Assembly (NCBI GenBank): GCA_963778655.1
Contig: CAVZVA010000011.1
Span: 64,001-128,000, forward strand
Source of the DNA: an uncultured delta proteobacterium
GTDB lineage: Bacteria > Myxococcota_A > Polyangia > Polyangiales > JAFGIB01
Reading direction: 5' to 3'
DNA: 64,000 nt
In this document: positions 1 to 9,651 of the stretch, piece after piece
Numbering within the stretch: the stretch's first letter is position 1
Layout of the letters: the number at the start of each line of letters is the position of its first letter
Made by a program: the position numbers and the translations under genes
The notes under the pieces: model-generated
What the model was told of the DNA's origin: nothing
Seen by the model: only the letters and a program-made list of their open reading frames with translations
Databases searched by the model: none

Positions 1-877
1 GCCCGAGCACGCCGATGTAGCCGACCGTCGTCCGAAGCAGCGCGTGCAGGACGTCGCGATCTTGGCCAAAGTGGTGACCCATCACGACAGCGAGCGGGCG
101 GGCGCAGCGCTCGAGCTCGGCGATCGCATCTGCGATCGACCCATCCAGATAGCGGTCCGCTGCCCGTAGCCGCTCGCGCGCCGACACGCGTGGCTGACCG
201 TCCCAAACGCTCACGCTCCAGCCGAGCTGCTTTGCGAGGGTGACGACCCACGTCGCGTCGTGTGCGCTGCCAAATACGAACAAGTGCGGCGGTGGCACGA
301 TCAGCTCACACAGCGCCTCAATCCCGTGGCACGCCAGCACCTGGGTCCGCTCCCGCATCCGAAGCGCGCGCTCGGCTTGCTGCAACAGGTGGCTGCTCAG
401 CACGGCATCGCCGATCGTGCTCGCGACCACGCCACGACGCACACAAAGCCGCGAGCCAAGCGGCACATCGCCCCGCTCGGAGCGAAACACGCTGACGATG
501 GCCCCCGGCTCTTCGTCCCGCACGCACCCCGCGATGAATGCCACGGGATCGCACTCGTGCTGCCGCGCGCTTCGCTCGAGCAGGACCTCGATCACGCCCT
601 GGCAGCCCGAGCCATGCGCATCCTCGAGGGCCTCGTCATGCCTCAGAAGCACGGCCTGCGCCTCTCGCGTGCGCCAGGCACCCTTGGTCAGCACCTCGCG
701 CTCCACGCAACCGCCGCTGACCGACCCCATGACCCAGTCGCCGCCGGCGGCGAGCATGCGAGCGCCAGGCCGGCGGTAGCTCGAGCCTCGAACCCGCATC
801 ACCGTAGCGATCAAGAAGGGCTCGCCGCGCGCGCGCAGCGCGTATGCCGCATCGACGAACGCTCTGAGCTCGCTCAT
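1..877 (-). CDS. xdhC: XdhC/CoxI family molybdoenzyme maturation factor (runs off window start)
   Basis: Manual minus-strand translation from ATG at 877: MSELRAFVDAAYALRARGEPFLIATVMRVRGSSYRRPGARML...GSVSGGCVE...HLFVFGSAHDA...AVVMGHHFGQD...YIGVLG. Lies directly downstream of iorB. Confidence 0.85.
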   Translation of the reverse strand, partial: MSELRAFVDAAYALRARGEPFLIATVMRVRGSSYRRPGARMLAAGGDWVMGSVSGGCVEREVLTKGAWRTREAQAVLLRHDEALEDAHGSGCQGVIEVLLERSARQHECDPVAFIAGCVRDEEPGAIVSVFRSERGDVPLGSRLCVRRGVVASTIGDAVLSSHLLQQAERALRMRERTQVLACHGIEALCELIVPPPHLFVFGSAHDATWVVTLAKQLGWSVSVWDGQPRVSARERLRAADRYLDGSIADAIAELERCARPLAVVMGHHFGQDRDVLHALLRTTVGYIGVLG

Positions 878-895
878 GGCCGGGCTCCGCTCGAC

Positions 896-3103
896 TCAAG
901 CCTTGGCGCGCAGCTTGTGCCGGGCGAAGGGTAAGCGGCGCACGCGCTGGCCGGTGAGCCGAAAGATCGCGTTCGCAACGGCAGGCGCAAGCGGAGGCAC
1001 GCCCGGCTCGCCGACGCCGGTCGGCCCTTCCTGACTCGGTACGAAGTGCACCTCGACCTGCGGCATCTCGTCGATGCGCAGCATGGGATAGTCGTCAAAG
1101 TTGCTCTGGACCACCTTTCCGCGCTCGATTGTGATTTCGCTGTACAGCGCGGCCGACAACGCGAAACCCACGCCGCCCTCCATCTGCGCGCGCACCACGT
1201 CCGGATTGATCACGGTACCGCAGTCCACCGCGACCACGACGCGATGCACACGCGGCTTACCGTCCGACGTGAGCGACACCTCGGCGACCTCGGCGACGCA
1301 CGACTGGAACGACTCGTGCACCGCGACGCCCCGCGCGCGCCCCGAAGCGATGGCGCTACCCCACCCCGCGCGCTCCGCCGCTAGCTTGAGCGCCGCTGTC
1401 GGACGCGGCTTGTCCTTGAGCAGCTGCAATCGATACTCGACCGGATCGCGGTTCGCAGCTACCGCGAGCTCATCCATCATCGTTTCCATCACGTACGCGG
1501 TGTGGGTATGGCCGACCGAGCGCCACCACAACGGGCGCACCGGCAACACCGGCGAGTGCAGCTCCACCGACATGTTCGGAATGGCATACGGCGTGGGCCA
1601 CACCCCTTCGGTCGAAGTGCGATCGACGCTGCCGCTCTTCGCCACAGAGCCCGCGGCCAAGATTGACTGGCCCACGATCGCGTGTTGCCAGCCGGCGATC
1701 GCGCCTTGCGCATCGATGCCGGCCTTGACCGCGTGCACGTACTGCGGCCGATACAGCCCGGCGCGCAGGTCGCTTTCGCGCGTGGCCTGCACGCGTACGG
1801 GCGCGCGCCCGCCGATCGCCTTGGCGACGTTCACCGCCTCGACCACGTAGTCTGCCCACGGATTTGCCCGTCGCCCGAAGCTGCCGCCCGAGATCAGCGA
1901 ATTGAGCTTGACCTTGTCCCGGGACAGACCGGCCGCCTTGGCCGCCAGCCGGTGATCGCCGGTCTGGCTTTGGTGGCCGGCCCAAGTCTCGAGCTGCCCA
2001 TCGCGCAGCCACACGACGCAGTTCATCGGTTCCATCGCGGCGTGCGCGAGAAACGGAAACTCGTAGACCGCTTCGATGCTCTTCGCCGCCTGAGCCAGCG
2101 CAGTCGCGGTGCCATCGCTATGGGTGACGGTCGCGCCGTTCTTCCGCGCAAGCGCGCGGTACTCGGTGAACAACGCCTCGCTCGAGAGCTTCGCCGATTC
2201 AGTTATGTCCCAGTCGGCGCGCAGCGCATCGCAGCCGCGCAGCGCCGCCCAGGTCGACGTGGCGACGACCGCGATCCCCTCCTGAGTCCGCACCACGTCG
2301 GTTACACCCGGCACCGCCTTGGCCGCAGTCGCGTCGAGCTTGCGCAGGCGCGCCCCGAACGCGGGTGGGCGAACGACGAAAGCATTCAACAGACCAGGAA
2401 GCCTCACGTCGCCCGTGTAGATCGCCGTACCCGTGGACTTCGCCTGCGAGTCCAACCGGTGCGTGCCCTCCTTGCCGATCAGCACGAACTTGGCGGGGTC
2501 CTTCAGCGTCACCTCCTTGGGCACCGGCAGCTTGGCGGCGGCCGCCGCCAAGTCACCGAAGCTCGCGCGCTTGCCGCTCTTGTGCGTGAGCGTGCTGTTC
2601 GCCACCGAGATCTCGCGCGCCGGTACGCGCCAGCGCCGCGCGGCCGCCTGGACCAACATCGCGCGCGCGCTCGCGCCCGCTCGCCGCATCTGTTCGTAGC
2701 CCGCGCGCATCGCGGTCGAGCCCCCGGTGCCTTGGACCGGACCAAAGGCCAGATTGTTGTACAAGGTGGGATCCGACGGCGCGTATTCGGCGCGCACGCG
2801 CGCCCAGTCGGCGTCGAGCTCCTCGGCCACCAGCGTGGCAATGCCCGTGGTCGTGCCTTGACCCATCTCGAGATGCTTCACAATCACGACGACCCAGTTG
2901 TCGGGCGTCACGTGCACGAATGCGTTCGGCGCGAACGCCGGCTCGGCCCCGCCCGCGGGTAGAGCCGCGACGCGTTTCGGCCCCGACCATTGAACCGCGA
3001 TGACCAAGCCGCTCGCAGCCGCGCCCTTCAAGAAGCCGCGTCGCCCGATGGCGGTAGCCTCGGCCGTCTTGACCCCGGGCTCGGACCGTTCCGAATCAGC
3101 CAT
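896..3103 (-). CDS. iorB: Isoquinoline 1-oxidoreductase beta subunit-like molybdopterin oxidoreductase (Tat signal)
   Basis: GRRGFLK twin-arginine motif, [27 protein letters not shown]. Start taken at MADSERS (3103). Confidence 0.9.
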   Translation of the reverse strand: MADSERSEPGVKTAEATAIGRRGFLKGAAASGLVIAVQWSGPKRVAALPAGGAEPAFAPNAFVHVTPDNWVVVIVKHLEMGQGTTTGIATLVAEELDADWARVRAEYAPSDPTLYNNLAFGPVQGTGGSTAMRAGYEQMRRAGASARAMLVQAAARRWRVPAREISVANSTLTHKSGKRASFGDLAAAAAKLPVPKEVTLKDPAKFVLIGKEGTHRLDSQAKSTGTAIYTGDVRLPGLLNAFVVRPPAFGARLRKLDATAAKAVPGVTDVVRTQEGIAVVATSTWAALRGCDALRADWDITESAKLSSEALFTEYRALARKNGATVTHSDGTATALAQAAKSIEAVYEFPFLAHAAMEPMNCVVWLRDGQLETWAGHQSQTGDHRLAAKAAGLSRDKVKLNSLISGGSFGRRANPWADYVVEAVNVAKAIGGRAPVRVQATRESDLRAGLYRPQYVHAVKAGIDAQGAIAGWQHAIVGQSILAAGSVAKSGSVDRTSTEGVWPTPYAIPNMSVELHSPVLPVRPLWWRSVGHTHTAYVMETMMDELAVAANRDPVEYRLQLLKDKPRPTAALKLAAERAGWGSAIASGRARGVAVHESFQSCVAEVAEVSLTSDGKPRVHRVVVAVDCGTVINPDVVRAQMEGGVGFALSAALYSEITIERGKVVQSNFDDYPMLRIDEMPQVEVHFVPSQEGPTGVGEPGVPPLAPAVANAIFRLTGQRVRRLPFARHKLRAKA

Positions 3104-3105
3104 GG

Positions 3106-3564
3106 TCAGCTTCCCAGCGTCTTGGACGCCTCGTGGATCGCGGCTCGAATGCGCTGGTAGGTCGCGCACCGACAGAGATTGCGCCGCATCGCATGATCGA
3201 TGTCCGCGTCCGACGGCCTGGGCACGCGCTGAAGCAGAGCGGCGGCGCTCATGATTTGGCCCGACTGACAGTAGCCGCACTGGACTACGTCGAGCTTGAC
3301 CCAGGCGTCCTGGACCGCCCGTCCGCTCTTCGAGCGCAACCCCTCGATCGTAGTCACGCGTTTGCCCACGACCGACTTGACCAAGGTGGTGCAAGACCGC
3401 CTCGGCTCGCCGTCGATGTGCACCGTGCATGCGCCGCACTCTGCAATGCCACAACCGTACTTCGTGCCGGTCAGCCGGAGCTGATCGCGAAGCACCCAGA
3501 GCAGGGGAGCATCAGGCTCTGCGTCGACCTCAGTGCGCTTGCCATTCACGTCGAGTGTGAGCAT
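3106..3564 (-). CDS. iorA: 2Fe-2S subunit of IorAB-type oxidoreductase
   Basis: [25 protein letters not shown] and NLCRC motifs. AAGGAGG RBS upstream of ATG 3564. Confidence 0.92.
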   Translation of the reverse strand: MLTLDVNGKRTEVDAEPDAPLLWVLRDQLRLTGTKYGCGIAECGACTVHIDGEPRRSCTTLVKSVVGKRVTTIEGLRSKSGRAVQDAWVKLDVVQCGYCQSGQIMSAAALLQRVPRPSDADIDHAMRRNLCRCATYQRIRAAIHEASKTLGS

Positions 3565-3711
3565 GAACACCCTCCTTGACCAGTCACGAGCGTACGCAGC
3601 GGATGCCGCAGATACGGTCAAGCAGTACTGAGGCACGCCGCGCCCGTCAAGGTCCGGCTCCTGGCATTCAACACCATCTCGGACACGATCCGAGATCAAA
3701 ACCCCTCGGAC

Positions 3712-5274
3712 CTAGACGAGCCTGCGTGCGTGTCCCGACCAGTAGCGGTCGCGCAGCTTGCGCTTGGCCATCTTCCCGGTCTCGGTGCGCGGGAGCGCCG
3801 GCACGAAATCGATGCTGACCGGGCATTTGTAGTGGGCGATGCCAGCGCGACAGTACGCGATCAGCTCCTGCTCGAGCTCCGGCCCCGGCTGCACGCCCTC
3901 GGCGGGGACGACCACTGCCTTGACCTCCTCGCCCATTTCTTGGTTGGGGACGCCGATCACCGCCACGTCGTCGACCTTGGGGTGCACCATAAGGTGGCTC
4001 TCTGTCTCTTGCGGGTAGATGTTGACCCCGCCGGAGATGATCATGCTCGACTGGCGGTCGGTGAGGTACAGGTAGCCTTCCGCGTCGAGATAACCGATGT
4101 CGCCGATGGTGAACAGGTTGCCGCGGTAGGTCCCGGCGGTCTTGTTCTCGTCCTTGTAATATGCGAATCGGCCCATGGGCGGTGCTTCGAAGTAGACCGC
4201 GCCTTCGCGATTCGGCTCCGTCAGCGCCTGGCCGTTCTCGTCGAGAATCCAGATCTTGCCTCCGCTCCAGTGCCGGCCAACCGAGCCTTTGTGCGTGAGC
4301 CACTCGGCCGCGCGGATCAGCGTTCCGCCGCCCTCAGTGCCGGCGTAGTACTCCACGATCGCGTCGCCCCACCACGCGATCATCGCCTCCTTCACCGGCA
4401 CGGGGCAGGGAGCAGCGGCGTGAACCGCCACGCGTAGGCTCGACAGATCGTAGCGGCGGCGCACGTCTTCCGGCAGCCGCAGCAGGCGATGGAAGTGGGT
4501 CGGCACCCACTGGGAGCTGGTGACATGTTGGTCCTGGATCACGCGCAGCACCAGCTCCGGATCGAAGCGCGGCAGCACCACCACACTGGCGCCGATGCGC
4601 GTGTGCGCGACGGTGAACTGCAGCGGCGCCGCGTGATAGAGCGGCGCCGGGCAGAGGTAGCGGTCGCCGGAGTGGATGCCGAACATCGCCAGGAAACCCT
4701 GGGCGAAGCCGCTCACCCGCGGATCTCCCGGCGGCACGTCCAGCAGTGGGCGCCGCACGCCCTTGGGCCGTCCGGTCGTGCCTGAGGAGTAGATCATCAG
4801 CGCGCCCTCGCGCTGGTTCTCGAGCGGCGCGTCCTGCGGAACGCCGGCAAGCGCGGCGGCGAGCGGTTCGAACCCCTCGGCCTCCCCGCGCGTGACCACC
4901 CGGAGCCGCAGCTTAGGGCAGCGAGGCGCCGTGTGCACCGCCAGCTCGACGAACACCTCCGAGACGAAGAGCGCGTCGGCGTCGGAGTTGTCGACGATGT
5001 ACTGCACCTCGTCCGGCTGCAGGTGCCAGTTCACGGGCGTGAAGTAGAGCCCGACCCGCTGGCAAGCCCAGTACAGGTCGTGGAAAGCCGGGTCGCAGTT
5101 GTCGAGCAGAGCGGCCACGCAGCCCCCCTGCGCGATGCCGCGTGCGCGCAGCAGGTGAGCGATGCGGCGCGAGCGCAGCTCGAGCTCGCCGAAGGTCTCG
5201 CTCGAGTCGCCGTTGCCGTTGATGATCGCAATCCGCTGCGGGTCCTCTTGCGCGTGTGCCGCGACCGTGCTCAT
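3712..5274 (-). CDS. Acyl-CoA synthetase (AMP-binding)
   Basis: YSSGTTGRPKG, YYAGTEG, GDIGYLD, SGGVNIYPQE and PRTETGK motifs. Confidence 0.92.
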   Translation of the reverse strand: MSTVAAHAQEDPQRIAIINGNGDSSETFGELELRSRRIAHLLRARGIAQGGCVAALLDNCDPAFHDLYWACQRVGLYFTPVNWHLQPDEVQYIVDNSDADALFVSEVFVELAVHTAPRCPKLRLRVVTRGEAEGFEPLAAALAGVPQDAPLENQREGALMIYSSGTTGRPKGVRRPLLDVPPGDPRVSGFAQGFLAMFGIHSGDRYLCPAPLYHAAPLQFTVAHTRIGASVVVLPRFDPELVLRVIQDQHVTSSQWVPTHFHRLLRLPEDVRRRYDLSSLRVAVHAAAPCPVPVKEAMIAWWGDAIVEYYAGTEGGGTLIRAAEWLTHKGSVGRHWSGGKIWILDENGQALTEPNREGAVYFEAPPMGRFAYYKDENKTAGTYRGNLFTIGDIGYLDAEGYLYLTDRQSSMIISGGVNIYPQETESHLMVHPKVDDVAVIGVPNQEMGEEVKAVVVPAEGVQPGPELEQELIAYCRAGIAHYKCPVSIDFVPALPRTETGKMAKRKLRDRYWSGHARRLV

Positions 5275-5463
5275 GCGTTGCTCCCCGGCGGCTCGAAGCA
5301 TATGCCAATTGCTCCCGAGCGGCTCCCCGCCACTGGCGCTCGCGCCACCGGTCTCGCGTCTCCTTCACGAACGTACCGAGCTCGACCTCCCGAGCAGGCC
5401 GTCGCAGACCGGCGGCCCGGCCTTGTTTGCAGCTGCGCAGCTGGCGCGATATCTTGAGCAGCG

Positions 5464-6177
5464 ATGCGGCTGCACGATGTACCGGGTGACGTTTTGCCCT
5501 GCATGCGCGGCGCAACACACTCCACCGCATCCTACCGCGCGCAGTACCGCGCGCGCCACATCCCCGCCTGGTATCGCGGCGAGCTGCACGTCGCATGGAC
5601 GGCCGCGTGCGTGCTGGGGCCAGCAGCCTATTGCCTGCGCCAGCTGCGAGGCCCGAGCGCGCTCGAGCTCGCTTGCGTACCCGCCATGTTCGTCCTCGGC
5701 AGCCTGGTCGTCTGGGCGCTGCACAAGCACGTGCTGCACCGTCCGGTTCCTGGGCTGCGCCGTGTCTACGTGATTCATACGCTGCAGCATCACCGGTTCT
5801 ATACCTACGAGCACGGAGAGCCCGACAGCACGCGGGACTACTACATCACGCTGTTCCCTCTGGCGTTCGGGCCGTGCCTCGCGCTGAGCGCCTACTTGCT
5901 CGGGCGCTTCGTCGTGAGCGCGATCAGCCCCAACCTGGGGCTGCTGTTCACGATCATGGCGGTTGTCTACTACGGTCTGTATGAGCTGGTGCACCTGGCC
6001 AGTCACCTGCCGGCGCATGCTCGCGTATTGCGGCTGCCATTGCTGCGCCACCTGCGCGAGCACCATCGGCTCCACCACGACCCGCGCCTGATGAGGAAGC
6101 ACAACTTCAACATCGTGCTGCCCTTGTTCGATTGGCTGTTCGGCACAAGGGCACGCGAGCGGCCGGCTCGCGGTTAG
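5464..6177 (+). CDS. Fatty acid hydroxylase / sterol desaturase family membrane protein
   Basis: His boxes HKHVLH, HTLQHH, HLASH and HHRLHH, plus NFNI..PLFDWLFGT. Start uncertain. Confidence 0.85.
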   Translation: MRLHDVPGDVLPCMRGATHSTASYRAQYRARHIPAWYRGELHVAWTAACVLGPAAYCLRQLRGPSALELACVPAMFVLGSLVVWALHKHVLHRPVPGLRRVYVIHTLQHHRFYTYEHGEPDSTRDYYITLFPLAFGPCLALSAYLLGRFVVSAISPNLGLLFTIMAVVYYGLYELVHLASHLPAHARVLRLPLLRHLREHHRLHHDPRLMRKHNFNIVLPLFDWLFGTRARERPARG

Positions 6178-6295
6178 GACCCGAGCACAGATGCTCTCCG
6201 CAGGGGCCTCGGGAGGCTCCAAAGGGGTGGATTTGGCCAAGGCTGCCCGCGGCGGTGGACGCGTGCATTTTTCGAGCTAATACTGCTTCCGCCGT

Positions 6296-6787
6296 ATGCA
6301 GGCCGCCTTCGTCATTCCATCGCTCGCAGGTGCCGCCGCGGTGTTGGTCTGGCGGGTGCGCGAGACCAGGCGGCCGGTCACTGCGAGCAAGATCATCATC
6401 CCGCCGCTTGGCATGAGCACGGGCTTCTCCATGTTCGCCTACCCGCCGGCGCGCATTCCGCTCAGCTGGGGGGTGCTAGCCTTCGCGCTGGGCGCGCTGC
6501 TGCTGTCCTATCCGCTGATCAAGAGCTCGCGGCTCTACCACGACGGCGAGCGGGTGATGCTGCAGCGCTCCCGCGCGTTCCTGGCCATTCTGCTCGTACT
6601 GGTCGCCGTGCGCTTCGCGGCGCGCGCCTACATCGAGAGCCTGGTCACGCCGATGCAGACGGGCGGCATCTTCTTCGTGCTCGCCTTCGGGATGATCCTG
6701 CCGTGGCGACTGCTGATGTACCTGCAGTATCGTCGGCTGCTGTCGGCGCGGGCATCTGCTCCGAGCAGCGCGGCCCCCGAGCTCTGA
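6296..6787 (+). CDS. ccdC: CcdC/DUF1453 family membrane protein
   Basis: RPVTASKIIIPPLGMSTGF...FFVLAFGMILPWR matches the CcdC pattern. Confidence 0.75.
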   Translation: MQAAFVIPSLAGAAAVLVWRVRETRRPVTASKIIIPPLGMSTGFSMFAYPPARIPLSWGVLAFALGALLLSYPLIKSSRLYHDGERVMLQRSRAFLAILLVLVAVRFAARAYIESLVTPMQTGGIFFVLAFGMILPWRLLMYLQYRRLLSARASAPSSAAPEL

Positions 6788-6844
6788 GCTGGAGGCGTTC
6801 GTCGGCGGCGGGTAGCGTCGTCTGCGACCTCCCCCAATCGAGGG

Positions 6845-8602
6845 TTGCCACGAGCTGCTTTGCGCGTATGTGAGCTTCAGTCGAAGCCGTGGGGAGGTCC
6901 AGCTCTGTCCTCTCGCATCAAGCGGGCGATCGCGCTTCTTGGGACTCGCGGTCGGACCGAGAGCGCGAAACGCCCATCCGTGCTCGCTGGCGACGCCATC
7001 GCCGGCGAGGTGGCGCGGCGCGTCGAGACGCGGGTGATCGCGCGCAGCGACCTCACCGGTCACGGCCTCGAGGAGATCTTGTTCGAATCCGTCTATCGGG
7101 AGGAACGGCGTCTCGCCCAGGCCGAAGAGGATCCTCGCAGCAAGGACGACCGGCGCTTCGTCGACTGGCTGCGCCACGAGCTCGCCCGCGCGGATGAGGA
7201 TCAGCGACGCCGCTTGATCGGCGTCGTGTTGGATCGCTACTCGGCTGAAATCGCCGGCAACTTTGACCCGCGCGTATACCGCTTCGCCACCACCCTGCTG
7301 CCTCCCGCGCTCAGCGTGCTGCTGCACGGCGGCCGGCCGACGACACGGCTGTTCGACGTGCAGGACCGCGTGCTGATCGAAGGCGACCGCGATGTTTTGC
7401 GTGCGTCGGCACGCGCCGGCACGCTGGTGTTCGTCCCCACACACGCATCGAACCTCGACGCGCTCCTGCTCGGCCACGCGATCTACGCGCTCGGCTTGCC
7501 GCCCGTCGCGTACGGCGCGGGTCTGAACCTGTTCACCAATGCGCTGACAGGCTACTTCATGCACAACCTCGGGGCGTTCACCGTCGACCGCAAGAAGGGC
7601 GACCCGCTATATCGCGAAGCCGTGAAGGAGTACATGGCCGTGCTTCTCGAGCACGGCCAGCACGTGCTGTTCTTCCCCGGAGGCACGCGCAGCCGTTCAG
7701 GCGCAATTGAGCAGCAGCTGAAGCTCGGGTTCCTGGGCACGGCGGTCACCGCGTTCCGCAATCGGCGGGCGCGCGACCGCCGTAGCTCACCCATGTTCAT
7801 CGTGCCGTGCACGCTGAGCTATCCACTCGTGCTCGAGGCGTCGTCGCTGGTGGAGCAGTACCTGCAAGCAGAGGGCGGGCCGCACTTCGTCGACGTCCGC
7901 GACGAGTTCGAGCGGCCCGAGCGCTGGTTCGATTTCCTGTTGCAGCTCGCGCAGCTCGACGTGCGCGTGCACGTACGGTTCGGCCCGCCGCTCGACTTCG
8001 TCGGCAATCCGATCGACGTCGACGGCGTGTCTTACGACGGCCGCGGGCGCAAGCTCGACGCGACCCGCTATCTGGTCAAACCCGGAACGGATGGGGAGCT
8101 GGTCGAGGATGCCGACCGAGACGCGGAGTACACGCGGCGACTTGCAGGTCAGCTGGTCGGTTGCTTTCATCGCCAGGCAATCGCGTTGCCGAGCAGCGTG
8201 CTCGCGTTTGCGGCCTTCGAGCGGCTGAGACAACAGCTCCCGGGGCTCGATCTCTTCCGCCTGTTGCGGGTGCTGGGCCCGCAGGCGTCCCTGCCGATCG
8301 AGCAGATTCGCTCCGACCTCGACGTCGTGCTCGCGGCGCTTGGCCGGCTCGAGACACAGGGTGCGATCCACCTCGACCCCGAAATGCGCGCAAAAGGGGC
8401 TGCTTTCGTGCTCTCGCAAGGAGGCTCGACGCTGTCACGTTATCACCGCGTGCCGGCACTGACCCGCGACGGCGCGAGCCTGCGCGTAGGCGATCCCACG
8501 CTGCTATTCTACTATCGCAACCGCCTCGACGGATATGGGCTGCCCGCCGCGCTCGGTGCGCACGAGATCCAAGTCCACGCAGACCATGAGGCGCCGGAAT
8601 GA
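6845..8602 (+). CDS. Glycerol-3-phosphate acyltransferase (PlsB/PlsC-type domain)
   Basis: PTHASNLD (HxxxxD), GAGLNL and FFPGGTRSRSG motifs. Stop overlaps the gpsA start (ATGA). Start uncertain. Confidence 0.85.
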   Translation: MPRAALRVCELQSKPWGGPALSSRIKRAIALLGTRGRTESAKRPSVLAGDAIAGEVARRVETRVIARSDLTGHGLEEILFESVYREERRLAQAEEDPRSKDDRRFVDWLRHELARADEDQRRRLIGVVLDRYSAEIAGNFDPRVYRFATTLLPPALSVLLHGGRPTTRLFDVQDRVLIEGDRDVLRASARAGTLVFVPTHASNLDALLLGHAIYALGLPPVAYGAGLNLFTNALTGYFMHNLGAFTVDRKKGDPLYREAVKEYMAVLLEHGQHVLFFPGGTRSRSGAIEQQLKLGFLGTAVTAFRNRRARDRRSSPMFIVPCTLSYPLVLEASSLVEQYLQAEGGPHFVDVRDEFERPERWFDFLLQLAQLDVRVHVRFGPPLDFVGNPIDVDGVSYDGRGRKLDATRYLVKPGTDGELVEDADRDAEYTRRLAGQLVGCFHRQAIALPSSVLAFAAFERLRQQLPGLDLFRLLRVLGPQASLPIEQIRSDLDVVLAALGRLETQGAIHLDPEMRAKGAAFVLSQGGSTLSRYHRVPALTRDGASLRVGDPTLLFYYRNRLDGYGLPAALGAHEIQVHADHEAPE

Positions 8603-9651
8603 CCGAACCGCTGCGAATCACGGTGCTGGGCGCCGGCAACTGGGGCACTACCGTCGCGCAGCTGTGCGCGCAGAACGGCCACGCAGTGACACTGTGGTCA
8701 CGCGACCCGGAGCGCTGCGCCGAGATCAACCGCAAGCATACGAACACACGCTCGCTGCGCCAGGTCTCGCTCGATCCCACCATCGTGGCGGTCCACGATC
8801 TCGCGCAGGGGGTTTCCGCCGCGGACCTGATCTTCATCCTGCTTCCATCGCAGGCGCTGCGCGAGCTCTGCCGGCGATTCGGAGAGGTGGCGCGTCCCGA
8901 GCACCTCGTCGTTCACGGCATCAAAGGCCTCGAGATCGACTCTCACGCACGCATGTCTCAGATCCTGCGTGAAGAGACGTGCGTGAGGCAGATCGGAGTG
9001 CTGGCGGGGCCGAACATCGCGACCGAGATCGCACACGGCAAGCTGGCCGGAACCGTAGTCGCGACACCATTTCCTGCGCTGGCGTCTCTGGTACGCACGG
9101 CCCTCGAGTGCGCGCAGCTGCGGGTGTTCCACGCCACGGACGTCCGCGGCGTCGAGCTGTGCGGAGCGCTGAAGAACGTGGTGGCGATTGCAGCTGGGAT
9201 GATCGATCAGCTCGACCTGGGTGAGAACGCCAAGGCGTTCATGCTGACGCGCGGCATGGTCGAGCTGACGCGCCTCGCGTCGGTGATGGGCGCCCAACCC
9301 GCGACGACGACTGGCCTGGCCGGCATCGGCGACTTGATGGTCACCTGCGCGAGCACGCTCTCGCGCAATCACCGCCTCGGAGTCGAGCTCGCGCGTGGCG
9401 TGTCGCTCGAGGACGCGCTGGCGCGGATCGGTATGGTTGTGGAAGGCGTGTACGCGTCGCGCTCTGCGCGTGCGCTGGCCGAGCAGCACGGTATCGCCAT
9501 GCCGCTATTCGACCACATCGACCAGGTTCTGCACGAAGGGCTACCGGTTGCGGCCGCGATCGATGCACTGATGGGGCTTCCCACGGGTCACGACGTGCCG
9601 CACGTGTTGCGCAGCGTTCCGACGGTTCGAAAAGCAGCTGGACCACGATGA
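8599..9651 (+). CDS. gpsA: NAD(P)H-dependent glycerol-3-phosphate dehydrogenase
   Basis: GAGNWGT, KGLE, GPNIA, GALKNVVAIAAG, GLAGIGDL..TC and SRN motifs. Confidence 0.95.
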   Translation: MTEPLRITVLGAGNWGTTVAQLCAQNGHAVTLWSRDPERCAEINRKHTNTRSLRQVSLDPTIVAVHDLAQGVSAADLIFILLPSQALRELCRRFGEVARPEHLVVHGIKGLEIDSHARMSQILREETCVRQIGVLAGPNIATEIAHGKLAGTVVATPFPALASLVRTALECAQLRVFHATDVRGVELCGALKNVVAIAAGMIDQLDLGENAKAFMLTRGMVELTRLASVMGAQPATTTGLAGIGDLMVTCASTLSRNHRLGVELARGVSLEDALARIGMVVEGVYASRSARALAEQHGIAMPLFDHIDQVLHEGLPVAAAIDALMGLPTGHDVPHVLRSVPTVRKAAGPR